Shown: positions 23,436 through 35,092, counted from the whole stretch's first letter. The stretch is 63,549 nt of DNA, filler included, from Octopus bimaculoides (GCF_001194135.2; 11 parts of 9 records of this genome joined end to end with filler, not necessarily neighbours in it); one strand, 5' to 3'. A program made the numbers and translations. The notes: generated from the sequence alone by a model not told the origin.

Positions 23436-24021
23436 ATATTTTGCAGAAAAATTTGCCAGGGCAAATCGTTTCCTTATCTGTATCTAGAAATTATATATAG
23501 TTTTCTTTTTAGATCTAAGAATTCTACTGCACTTCAGCAATCAAGATCAGAAACTTTCAGCAAATGTGCACACGTGAACAAATTTCTCTTGGTGAGGTGG
23601 GTGGTGTCTCCCTCACCAGATGAAGTAGCTGTCTTGCAGACTTTGAATCCCTTTCCACTGAATCATTCTACAGCAACTAGCTGTGTTATGGCTTTATGGT
23701 TAAGGAGGATATGACTCTAGTTTTCTTTTTGCCTTTCCATTGCTTTTTCTGTTTTTTTTTTCACCTTTCCACTATTTATATCTGTCTTTTTTTCATGGCT
23801 TCTCTTGTGCTAGCATCCTGATTTGTAAATTGAATAGACTTTGAGCTCTGCACCTGAAGATTACTTGGTGATACAAGGTAAGTTACGAAAACCTGCCTAC
23901 GCTAGTATCCCCAATGCATGAAACTGTTAGTAGCTTGTATCTTTATACTGTGTACCTTATCGCTGACCACTACACACATTTTTTTCTCTGCTTGTCTCTC
24001 TCCTTATTTCTTTCTGTGTTC

Positions 24022-24057
24022 CTTTCTGTTGAAGAGCGTAGGCTCGAAACGTTAAAG
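24022..24057 (+). ncRNA. Hammerhead-like motif with A6U core change
   Basis: CUUU CUGUUGA A GAGC GUAG GCUC GAAA CG U U AAAG. Confidence 0.5.
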
Positions 24058-24146
24058 ACTTTTTCAATTCCTGAGCCTTATACTAATACATCCATTTGTT
24101 GTTTACACCACCTGTCTTCGTCTGTTGTTTTTTCGTGAATTCTCCC

Positions 24147-24177
<31 letters not shown>

Positions 24178-25374
24178 TTTCTTTATTGCCCACAAGGGGC
24201 TAAACATAGAGGGGACAAACAAGGACAGACAAAGGGATTAAGTCGATTACATCGACCCCAGTGCGTAACTGGTACTTAATTTATCGACCCCGAAAGGATG
24301 AANNNNNNNNNNNNNNNNNNNNNNNNNNNNNNNNNNNNNNNNNNNNNNNNNNNNNNNNNNNNNNNNNNNNNNNNNNNNNNNNNNNNNNNNNNNNNNNNNN
24401 NNNNNNNNNNNNNNNNNNNNNNNNNNNNNNNNNNNNNNNNNNNNNNNNNNNNNNNNNNNNNNNNNNNNNNNNNNNNNNNNNNNNNNNNNNNNNNNNNNNN
24501 NNNNNNNNNNNNNNNNNNNNNNNNNNNNNNNNNNNNNNNNNNNNNNNNNNNNNNNNNNNNNNNNNNNNNNNNNNNNNNNNNNNNNNNNNNNNNNNNNNNN
24601 NNNNNNNNNNNNNNNNNNNNNNNNNNNNNNNNNNNNNNNNNNNNNNNNNNNNNNNNNNNNNNNNNNNNNNNNNNNNNNNNNNNNNNNNNNNNNNNNNNNN
24701 NNNNNNNNNNNNNNNNNNNNNNNNNNNNNNNNNNNNNNNNNNNNNNNNNNNNNNNNNNNNNNNNNNNNNNNNNNNNNNNNNNNNNNNNNNNNNNNNNNNN
24801 NNNNNNNNNNNNNNNNNNNNNNNNNNNNNNNNNNNNNNNNNNNNNNNNNNNNNNNNNNNNNNNNNNNNNNNNNNNNNNNNNNNNNNNNNNNNNNNNNNNN
24901 NNNNNNNNNNNNNNNNNNNNNNNNNNNNNNNNNNNNNNNNNNNNNNNNNNNNNNNNNNNNNNNNNNNNNNNNNNNNNNNNNNNNNNNNNNNNNNNNNNNN
25001 NNNNNNNNNNNNNNNNNNNNNNNNNNNNNNNNNNNNNNNNNNNNNNNNNNNNNNNNNNNNNNNNNNNNNNNNNNNNNNNNNNNNNNNNNNNNNNNNNNNN
25101 NNNNNNNNNNNNNNNNNNNNNNNNNNNNNNNNNNNNNNNNNNNNNNNNNNNNNNNNNNNNNNNNNNNNNNNNNNNNNNNNNNNNNNNNNNNNNNNNNNNN
25201 NNNNNNNNNNNNNNNNNNNNNNNNNNNNNNNNNNNNNNNNNNNNNNNNNNNNNNNNNNNNNNNNATATTATATATTGTATATTCCATATTCTATACCCCA
25301 CATTGGTTCTGCAGGAATATAAATAAAACATAAAAAACAGACAGTGTTGGAACTCTTTTAAACAAAATAATATA

Positions 25375-25411
<37 letters not shown>

Positions 25412-25479
25412 TGTATATATACACACACACACACATACATTTTCAGACACAGATATCAATGATAAAGTCAATAACTCAC

Positions 25480-25563
25480 CTTATGGTAAACATCAACGAG
25501 ATAGTTATCTACAGGGGTATGTTTGTTGAAGTGAATTGTCACAGGAAACTGACGAGAATCTAT
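25480..25563 (-). CDS. DHX37: DHX37 exon 1 of those seen: IDSRQFPVTIHFNKHTPVDNYLVDVYHK
   Basis: Matches VESRQFPVTVHFNKRTP; TTTCAG/GTGAG sites. Upstream exons (motifs I-III) lie beyond the scaffold end. Confidence 0.97.
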
Positions 25564-25739
25564 CTGAAATGAAGAAAGTGGAATAATATAGCAAGGATCC
25601 GTGAATTACATAGAATATAGAAGGACAAGTTTAACCCTTTCATGATCAGATTGATCTGCCAAATGAAATGGTTATGCATTCACATTGCTTTGAATTAATC
25701 ATGCATTATTTCATAGCTTTGGGATTTCGATGGTGTGAT

Positions 25740-25891
25740 TGTTTATATGTAAACACACCAGCATTGATTGTCAAGCGATGTTGGGGGGGGACAAACACAA
25801 ACATATATATATACGACGGGCTTCTTTCAGTTTCCGTCTACCAAATCCACTCACAAGGCTTTGGTCGACCCGAGGCTATAGTAGACGACAC

Positions 25892-25923
<32 letters not shown>

Positions 25924-26058
25924 CACATATACGACGGGCTTCTTTCAGTTTCCGTCTACCAAATCCACTCACAAGGCTTTGGTCGGCCCGAGGCTGTACT
26001 AGAAGACACTTGATGAAGGTGCCACGCAGTGGGACTGAACCCGGAACCATGTGGTTGG
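25740..26058 (-). mobile_element. Two nested or tandem family-2 SINE pieces separated by (TA)n
   Basis: ACGACGGGCTTCTTTCAGTTTCCGTCTACCAAATCCACTCACAAGGCTTTGGTCG occurs twice. Confidence 0.85.
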
Positions 26059-26158
26059 NNNNNNNNNNNNNNNNNNNNNNNNNNNNNNNNNNNNNNNNNN
26101 NNTTAATTAATTAANNNNNNNNNNNNNNNNNNNNNNNNNNNNNNNNNNNNNNNNNNNN

Positions 26159-26206
<48 letters not shown>

Positions 26207-26221
26207 GTGAGTCTGCAAAGA

Positions 26222-26304
26222 GCCGAACAATCAAGCTGTCTTAACTGATGAGGCAAAAGAAATTGCTGAAAGTGACGCGTCAGTATTAAGAATTCTCGAT
26301 CGGC
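26222..26304 (+). ncRNA. Type I hammerhead ribozyme motif with extended helix I
   Basis: Helix I UCUUAA(26239-44)/UUAAGA(26286-91); CUGAUGA 26245-51; helix II GGCAA/UUGCU with loop AAGAAA; GAAA 26268-71; helix III AGUGACGCGUCAGU, one change from a perfect palindrome; cleavage triplet GUA; distal GCCGA/UCGGC. Confidence 0.8.
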
Positions 26305-26477
26305 ACCTTTCAGATGATTATGATCCCTGTTAGTGTATATGTTTTCATTCATGTGTATTAACCATAGCATTAGAGCAGTTTAGCTCTTATTTCTAGCAAT
26401 GTAGGTGTTTCGTAACACCCCAGTCACATTTAGTGACATTTGTAATTCTCCTTTTTGGTGAAACATTGCAAACGTCA

Positions 26478-26850
26478 ACATTTTCACCATCATCATTTAG
26501 CATCCATTGTTCATGCTGGCATGGGTTGGACGGTTTCACTGGGCTGATATGCTGGAAGGCTGTGCCTGGATCCAGTCTGATTTGGCATGGTCTTCTATGG
26601 CTGGATGCCCTTCCTAACACCAACCATTCTGAGAGTGTAAAGGGGGCTTTTACATGCCACCAGCATAGGTGCCATTTACCTGACACCAGCGTGGGTGCCA
26701 ATTTGCGTGACACCGGTATCTGCCATGACTGCGATTTTACTCAGCTTGATTGAGTCTTCTTCATAAGCACAACATAATGCCAAAGGTCTTGGTTATTGCT
26801 CCCGTGAGACCCAACACTCAAAAGGAGCTCAACCAAGGTCCAACGCTCAA
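26478..26850 (-). mobile_element. Family-3 SINE, diverged
   Basis: GGATGCCCTTCCTAACACCAACC core; CATGCTGGCATGG plus (GAT)n tail. Confidence 0.75.
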
Positions 26851-27029
26851 AAGGAACTCAGCCATCTCGCCTCCAAACAGATAGAGACAGAAAAGGGGGA
26901 GACACAGGCATGAGTGTGCGGTTAAATTTGCTTCTCAACTATGTGGCTTCAGGTTCAGTCCCACTACATGGCTGTTAAGTTGTACACCAGGGCCAACCAA
27001 CAGATTGTAAGTTAATTTGATAGTCAAAA

Positions 27030-27890
27030 TATGTGGTAAGTAGCTTGCATACCAACCACATGGTTTCAGGTTCACTCCCATTGCGTGACACTTTGGGCAA
27101 GTGTCTTCTACTATAGCCTTGGAATGACCAAAACCTTGTGTGTAGATTTGGTAGACGGAAACTGAAAGAAGGCCGTTGGAAATGTGCTGTGCGTGAGAAG
27201 ACCCGGCAAGCCAAGTAAGATCGTTGCCAGTGCCCCTGGACTGGCTCTTGTGCGGGTGGCACATGAGATGCACCATTTTGAGCGTGGCCGTTGCCAGTAC
27301 CGCCTGACTGGCTCCCGTAGGATTTTCGAGTGAGATCGTTGCCAGTGCCCCTGGACTGGCTTGTGCGGGTGGCACATAAAAGACACCATTTCGAGCGTGG
27401 CTGTTTTCGTGCGGGTGACACATAAAAGCACCCACTACACTCTCTGAGTGGTTGGCGTTACGAAGGGCATCCAGCTGTAGAAACTCTGCCAAATTAGATT
27501 GGAGCCTGGTGTTGCCATCCGGTTTCACCAGNNNNNNNNNNGTGCGGGTGGCACATGAGATGCACCATTTTGAGCGTGGCCGTTGCCAGTACCGCCTGAC
27601 TGGCTCCCGTAGGATTTTCGAGTGAGATCGTTGCCAGTGCCCCTGGACTGGCTTGTGCGGGTGGCACATAAAAGACACCATTTCGAGCGTGGCTGTTTTC
27701 GTGCGGGTGACACATAAAAGCACCCACTACACTCTCTGAGTGGTTGGCGTTACGAAGGGCATCCAGCTGTAGAAACTCTGCCAAATTAGATTGGAGCCTG
27801 GTGTTGCCATCCGGTTTCACCAGTCCTCAGTCAAATCGTCCAACCCATGCTAGCATGGAAAGCGGACGTTAAACGATGATGATGATGATA
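27030..27890 (+). mobile_element. Family-2 SINE head joined to a family-3 SINE body (27542-27831 duplicates 27250-27531 across a 10-N gap)
   Basis: Head to GAAAGAAGG at about 27170, then the body shared with 34495-34786, ending CATGCTAGCATGGAAAGCGGACGTTAAACGATGATGATG (RTE-like tail). Confidence 0.8.
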
Positions 27891-28541
27891 TATAAATGTA
27901 TGTATGTATGATGGGCTTCTTTCAGTTTCACATATATATCTATATGTGTGTGTGTGTGTGTGTGTATATATGTTTGTGTGTCTGTGTTTGTCCCCATCAG
28001 CATCGCTTGACAACCAATGCTGGTGCATTTACATCCCTGCAACTTAGTGGTTCAGCAAAAAGAAATCTAATAGAATAAGTAGTAGTTTGACAAAGAATAA
28101 GTCCTGGCGTCGATTTGCTCAACTAAAGGCGTTGCTCCAGCATGGCCACAGTCAAAATGACCGGAACAAGCAAAAAGAATAAAAACTGTACAAAACTACA
28201 CACACACACGTCTATAAATGAATGGATGTATGAATGAGTCTGTGTGTGTGTGTGTATGTATGTGCACATGTTATGTATCAGTGTAAGTGGGAATGTTTAC
28301 ATTCTATGCAGCACAAGAGAAAAAGGGAAAAAACAGAACTCCAAACAGTGAAGTCTGCAGGTAATTCTATGTCAACAAATTGTCGACTGGGTCTGCACTT
28401 TCAAAGGCATGTGAAATAAAGCATACCTTACAGGAAAAACAGGTAAGGCTGCAAAACAATGCATCATGTCCTTTTATGCTTACGATGTATTTGTATGTAT
28501 TCATCTAACCCATGTTGGCATTGGAAAGCAAGAATAGAATG

Positions 28542-28573
<32 letters not shown>

Positions 28574-28673
28574 NNNNNNNNNNNNNNNNNNNNNNNNNNN
28601 NNNNNNNNNNNNNNNNNTTAATTAATTAANNNNNNNNNNNNNNNNNNNNNNNNNNNNNNNNNNNNNNNNNNNN

Positions 28674-28755
28674 AGGTATTCCAATAAAGGCATTCCAATA
28701 AAGGTACTCCAAAATAAAAGTATTCCAGTAAAGGTATTCCAATGAAGGTAATCCA
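28674..28755. repeat. 14-bp minisatellite (AGGTATTCCAATAA) x ~5.5, truncated by the scaffold end
   Basis: Direct reading. Confidence 0.9.
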
Positions 28756-29076
28756 GGGCCACAGCAGCAAAATTTTCACAAGTTTTTCGGAGGCGAGATA
28801 CGCCCACAAAAACAACAATTCTCGCACAGTGAGACACAAAAAGTTTTCTTCACTCAAAGTTGCTTTTTTTTTTTTTTTGCTCAAAGTTAAAACAAAAGTT
28901 TTCGCTACTGAGGGAAAGCGAACCCGCCTCCCACAAACAGCGAATACAAAATTTGTTCGTACAACGAACACACAAAATCTCGCCAAGGAAAACGAAGATG
29001 TCACACCGCTGGACAACAATTTACTAAAAAAATAAATAGAAGCAATAAATTGCTGCCCAGCTGAGCAACAAAAACG

Positions 29077-29221
29077 ACTTACCCCGGCGAATTCTTCAAT
29101 TTTTCCTTCTATAGACAGAGCCGAAACCCATGTCTATCTTCGTTCACAGCAAGTAGCCAGTTTGGCGCAGTGAGCAAACCGGAAGTAAGCAAGCTACTTA
29201 CCACATTGGTACTCCTGCGCC
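29077..29221 (-). promoter_or_regulatory. Candidate promoter/first exon: SINE-head remnant, ETS-type CCGGAAGT, consensus 5' splice site
   Basis: CCGGAAGT at 29179-86; G|GTAAGT donor at 29083/29082; region 28780-29190 is CpG-richer than its surroundings. Confidence 0.3.
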
Positions 29222-29884
29222 TATATTTATATAATAATAATCATAAAAAGTAACAATAAAAGAATGAGACCTCGATATTAGATAAATAGAGGATTATTTA
29301 TATATGCTATAATTTAGAACAAACAGTAAATGATTATCATTATAATACTCGGAGTTTCCAATATTGGAGCGAAGAGCTACGATGCATTCTCGTCGGCTAT
29401 TAATGGCATCAGACGCCATGAAAAACTGTTGAATAAAAGGGAAGTTACTCCAAAAGAAAATCATAACAGAAAATGAAAAAAACATTTCTGGAAAAAAACC
29501 TACCATACAGCAAACATTTTACTTCAAGGCTAGCATCGGCTCCAATCAGGCAATTTCTTATCGTTCATTCCTTCATTTCACTTTCTTTAAGACAAATAAT
29601 TACGCATAACATAATTTCTAATTAATTTTTCTCTCTTTTTAAATTTCCTTTTGTTTATTTTTTATTTTGTGGGGTGGGGGTCCTGCTTTTAAAAGAATGC
29701 TACTGTGTAACAGCTAACTATAATTCTTCTAAACATTTTTTAGCTATTAACGCTCACAATCTCCGACGAGGAACATCATGCACTCTACAGCCTGTGCAAT
29801 AAATCATTGTTAATAATTTCACTGATTGTGGATGACAAGAATGTTCAACATTTTATATCAAGTGAAATACTACCACAACAACAC

Positions 29885-29927
<43 letters not shown>

Positions 29928-30186
29928 TCACCGCCAACAAAAACAACAACATCAATACTAATCTTAATAACATTTGAAACAATAATAAAGAAAAGAAAAT
30001 AAACATTAGATGTATGAAAAATTACGTCTCTTGATAATACATCATCACAAATATTTCGAGTGTTTATAATACAGAAAATAGAAACCAATGGAGAAAAAAA
30101 AAATTATAATTTACACCCTATTAAATACAAAACAATGAATATTTTAAAAGTTATTAATTATTCCTACATTATATAAAACAGAATTG

Positions 30187-30253
<67 letters not shown>

Positions 30254-30551
30254 CATTATGTATTTTTTTTAATTGTCTTGCAATCAGAGGAATGCTTATA
30301 ATTGGTCGGCTATGTAGCTCTGGAATTAGCCGTAATCAGTATAATTTATTGCTATAAACATATACCCTCTCCCAAACAAAGTTATTTTTTTACATCCATC
30401 CAGATACCAAATAATTGAAAACGATCAAAAATGAAAGGAAAAAACCAATTATCAGGAATAAATAAATACACACATACAGATATATATTTACACATTTGTG
30501 CGTACACACGTGCACACACACACACCCACGCACATATATGTATGATTATGA

Positions 30552-30585
<34 letters not shown>

Positions 30586-31055
30586 GGATGTGTGTATGTA
30601 TATATGTATGTATGTACATATATATATGTGAATATGTATGTATATATATATAGATATATATATATGCGTATGTGTGTGTATGCGCGCGTGTGTGTGTATC
30701 TGTGTGAATAACTATCTGAATGCACATATGCATACATATATATATATAATTATGTGTGTGTGAGAGTGTGTGGAAGCATAGATATTCACGCGTATATTTT
30801 CATATATTTACTTATTTAAGCATGTGCAAATATGTCTGGATTTATGCATGAACACATGTATGTAAATGCTATCGGAATATTAATAATGAATCTAAATTGT
30901 ATCAAACATTGTCCACATTGAAGAACGTTGTAGGCATATTTCTCTATGCTTGTCTCTATGTATACAAACATCCATCCATACATGTATATATGTGTTTGTG
31001 CTCATGTATGTGCTGTTGGTAATTTCTTTTCCTTCTTGGACTTTTCCCTTTCTCC

Positions 31056-31088
31056 TTTCCGACGAAGAGCTATGCTCGAAACGTCAAA
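31056..31088 (+). ncRNA. Minimal hammerhead-like motif (U4C variant)
   Basis: UUU CCGACGA A GAGC UAU GCUC GAAA CG U C AAA. GUC cleavage triplet; helix I only 3 bp. Confidence 0.5.
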
Positions 31089-31204
31089 CCATCTGTTTTC
31101 ACCGAGTGTCAAGCTGATACATTCCTTGTGTACGTCGTCGTTGTCCGTTTATTTTACTCGTTTATTTAAGTGATTATTTGAATTGACTATATATTTAGTT
31201 ATAG

Positions 31205-31240
<36 letters not shown>

Positions 31241-32238
31241 GGACATGTGCGAGTGTGTGTGTGTTAGTCCCCCACCACCACATGCAACAAAACCGGTGTT
31301 GGTGTATTCACGGATCCGTACATAGCGGTTCGGCAAAAGGGGGTCGATGAAATAAGTGTGAGGCTTGAAAAACAATGAGTACTGGAGTCGATTTATTCGA
31401 CTAAATATTCTTCAATGCGGTGCCCCAGCATGGCCGCAGCCTAATAACTGAAACAAGTAAAAAACAAAAGATAAAATAAATACTTTCCTTTACGTTATGC
31501 GCATTTCTAAAATTTTGTTACTACATAAAATATAAAACAATCATAAAATATGTTCGTCTTTTTAAGTAGTTCAGAGTGTACGTTTATATATTTTTGAAGT
31601 CATGGAAACGTTTGGAAAACAATTGGCGTTTTATCTCTTATTTCGCATTCATTTCGCACGTAATATAAATGCGCAAGAAACCAATTAATTTGATATCTGT
31701 TTCTCCCCACTTCACCCCTCCCAAATATTTATATGGGTGCGCATATATATACATATATATACAAATATATATATATAATGTAGTGTTCATATGTAAATAT
31801 GTGTATATATGTAAATATATGTATATATTTGTGCATATGTGTGTGTCTGTGTATATGTATATATATGTGTATACATACATACCCCCACATACGCAAGCAT
31901 GCCGACAAACATGCCCCTGTGTTCTATCTTAGCGTATGCTGTTTACATACATGTTGCTGCAATTAATGCAATGCTATATTACTCAACTGCTGGCACACAG
32001 TGACACCCTAACCCCTACACACACACCCTTACATAGACATAATGAATATGTTAAAACTGTAGTATCTCTTTGAACATAAAGGGAATGAAGTATCTAAAGA
32101 ATTTAACTGATTGATCTTTCTTATACAATTATAATCAGTAAAAATTTCTTCAAATATTAAAAAAAAAATAATAATTGATCTTTAAATATTTAAATCTAAC
32201 CACACCGTTTAGATCCAATTATCATATTAAAATTCGGC

Positions 32239-33070
32239 GCTTTCATCACAGTCAATCTATCAATTGATATTACTTTCGTATTTACATTTTATAACTTTAT
32301 CTCTTTTCCACCAATTTTAAATATGCTCCATTGTCACAGCCGCTTTGATATCTTCTCCGCGAATGTCTACAGTTTCACTGTAGAAAGTCTATACCTTTTA
32401 CACGGTCACTAATAATTAATAATTCTTCTTCGACTGCATTCTGAATGACAGCCACAACAACCCACAGCCAGTCGATAAATATAACATAGGTGATAAATTT
32501 CCAAACAAGCTAGCTCAGTTTCCATCAGCTCTTATAAAACCCACCGGTTTTATATACCTCTCCCATTTTACGAGTCATTTACGCATTCATACACACAGTG
32601 CCTTTATCTCCTATATCTTCTCATATCCACAATCTCGATGCTTTCATCACAGTCAATCTATCAATTACTTTCATATTCACATTTTATAACTTTATCACAT
32701 TTCCACTTATTTCAAATATGCCGCATTGTGACAGCCGCTATATTCAGATTACTGTCGTTTGATATCTTGTCCGCGAAAGTCTACAGCTATTACATTTTAC
32801 ACGGTCACTGATATTTAATAATTCTTCCTTGGTTGCATTCTGAATGACAGCCACAACAGCCCACAGCCAGTCGATTAATAGAACAGACATAGTCAGTTGA
32901 TAAGTTTTCAAACAAGCTAGTTCAGTTGCCATCAGCGCCAAACAAGCTTGCTCAGTTGCCACCAGCCCTTATAAAACGCACCAGCTTTATACGTATCTCA
33001 TATTTTACGAGTCATTTACGCATACATATACAGTGTCTTTTTCTCTTACATCTTCTCATATCCATAATCA
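32239..33070. repeat. Diverged tandem duplication, ~400-430-bp unit x2
   Basis: GCTTTCATCACAGTCAATCTATCAATT starts at 32239 and 32640; colinear blocks such as TGCATTCTGAATGACAGCCACAACA throughout. Confidence 0.9.
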
Positions 33071-33799
33071 CTCAATCTATCGTTTACATCTAAAACCGGT
33101 TAACATCACCATTAATAACTTCAAAATTTCCTGCGACAGTGACACACAGCCTCGAGACAAGAACCGTGTAAATGTCAAGGCTTTTAACCATATTTTCTTT
33201 CAAATGTACGTTTGATAAACCACCTTCTTCCATGACCTATATAGTCGCTGAAACGTGGCAATTATCTTCCTCGTGTCACGTCTTTAGTCCACGTGGTATC
33301 ATATATCTTCAGTACTTTGTGTCTTGTTATCGACGTCTTAATGACGCGGTACTTTTTCAACTACACGAGAATAACATTATGTTCCAGTCATCTCATCACT
33401 TATTTTTGAAGGCGAAAATAGAAATTGATGAGGAGAGAAATATGTGCGACTAGGAAAAAGAGAATTGGGTGACAAAATTAGAGGCATTATGATAAAATTT
33501 AGCACCCGTCCCTTAGAGTGTGTATGTATGTATGTATATATATATGCGCGTGTGTGTGTGTGTGTGATTTATAATGCACGGATTTTATATACATATATAT
33601 TATATTCATGTATATGTAACTATCAATCTATGTATACGTGTATATATCTTTGTGTATCTATCTATAGCTCTGTCAATCTATCCATTTGTCTATCAATATT
33701 TGTATATGTATGTACGCATATATACATACATGTTTACGTGAATATGTGTACGACTGTCACTACACATCTGTGTGAGTGTGTGTATGTGTGTGTGTGTGT

Positions 33800-33990
<191 letters not shown>

Positions 33991-34000
33991 ATACTTTAAT

Positions 34001-34392
34001 AGTACACATGTATGCTCAACATACCGTCCACCAAATACCGCAAAGCAGGAAGGTAAATTTGAGGACAGCCTCAGACGCATAGAAGAGGTCCTGACAAATC
34101 TGGACCAACACATCAATATACTTTTCCTAGGCGACTTTAACCTCCCAAATGTTAAATGGCCTGAAGGTCACATCCTCTCTGGGATGTCACTGCATGAACA
34201 AAGCCAGGCAAAATCATTGCTAGAACTATCCAACATGCTGTTCATGGAACAAGTGATACTCCAACCAACCAGGGGAAGCAATATTTTAGATCTCTGCTTC
34301 ACAAACAATGTGAGCCTAATCCATAATGTGAAAATAACGCCCACGTCTCTCTCAGATCATAACATTATAGAATTAACTATGTATGGTCCTAG
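34001..34392 (+). mobile_element. LINE ORF2 APE-type endonuclease fragment (CR1/L2-group)
   Basis: Stop-free frame TYRPP...[14 protein letters not shown]...QPTRGSNILDLCFTNN...LSDHNII; runs into the scaffold end. Confidence 0.9.
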
Positions 34393-34494
34393 NNNNNNNN
34401 NNNNNNNNNNNNNNNNNNNNNNNNNNNNNNNNNNNNTTAATTAATTAANNNNNNNNNNNNNNNNNNNNNNNNNNNNNNNNNNNNNNNNNNNNTA

Positions 34495-34786
34495 CATCAT
34501 CATCATCATCGTTTAACGTCCGCTTTCCATGCTAGCATGGGTTGGACGATTTGACTGAGGACTGGTGAAACCGGATGGCAACACCAGGCTCCAGTCTAAT
34601 TTGGCAGAGTTTCTACAGCTGGATGACCTTCCTAACGCCAACCACTCAGAGAGTGTAGTGGGTGCTTTTACGTGTCACCCGCACGAAAACGACCACGCTC
34701 GAAATGGTGTCTTTTATGTGCCACCCGCACAAGCCAGTCCAGGGGCACTGGCAACGATCTTACTTGGCTTGCCGGGTCTTCTCACG
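34495..34786 (-). mobile_element. Family-3 SINE, young subfamily
   Basis: Near-identical to 27190-27880. Confidence 0.85.
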
Positions 34787-34839
34787 ATATATATATATAT
34801 ACATATATATATACATATATATACATATATACGTATATA

Positions 34840-35055
34840 CACACGTACGTATGCATACGTACGTACGTATGCATATAGGTACATACGTATATATATATAT
34901 GCATATACACACGTACGTACGTATGTATATACGTACGTACCTATGTATATACGTACGTACGTACGTGTGTATATCCGGACGCCTGTAGATATATATACGT
35001 ACGTACGAACGTGTATATACGTACGCCTGTAGATATAAATACGTACGTACATGTG

Positions 35056-35092
<37 letters not shown>

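Noticed and set aside
23845-23885. CUGAAGA...GAAA hammerhead candidate
   Set aside because: There are extra unpaired bases before GAAA and no helix I partner.
26213-26332. Exon-like frame EPNNQAVLTDEAKEIAESDASVLRILDRHLSDDYDP
   Set aside because: The acceptor is weak, no homologue is recognised and no partner exon was found; the hammerhead fold explains the sequence better, although coding is not excluded.
27542-27831. Exact ~290-bp direct repeat of 27250-27531
   Set aside because: Identical copies flank a 10-N gap, indicating unmerged contig overlap; the same applies to 3780-3900 and 36920-37190.
29110-29140. GCCGAAACCCAUGUC half-hammerhead inside an ATAGACA/TGTCTAT hairpin
   Set aside because: No CUGANGA partner nearby.
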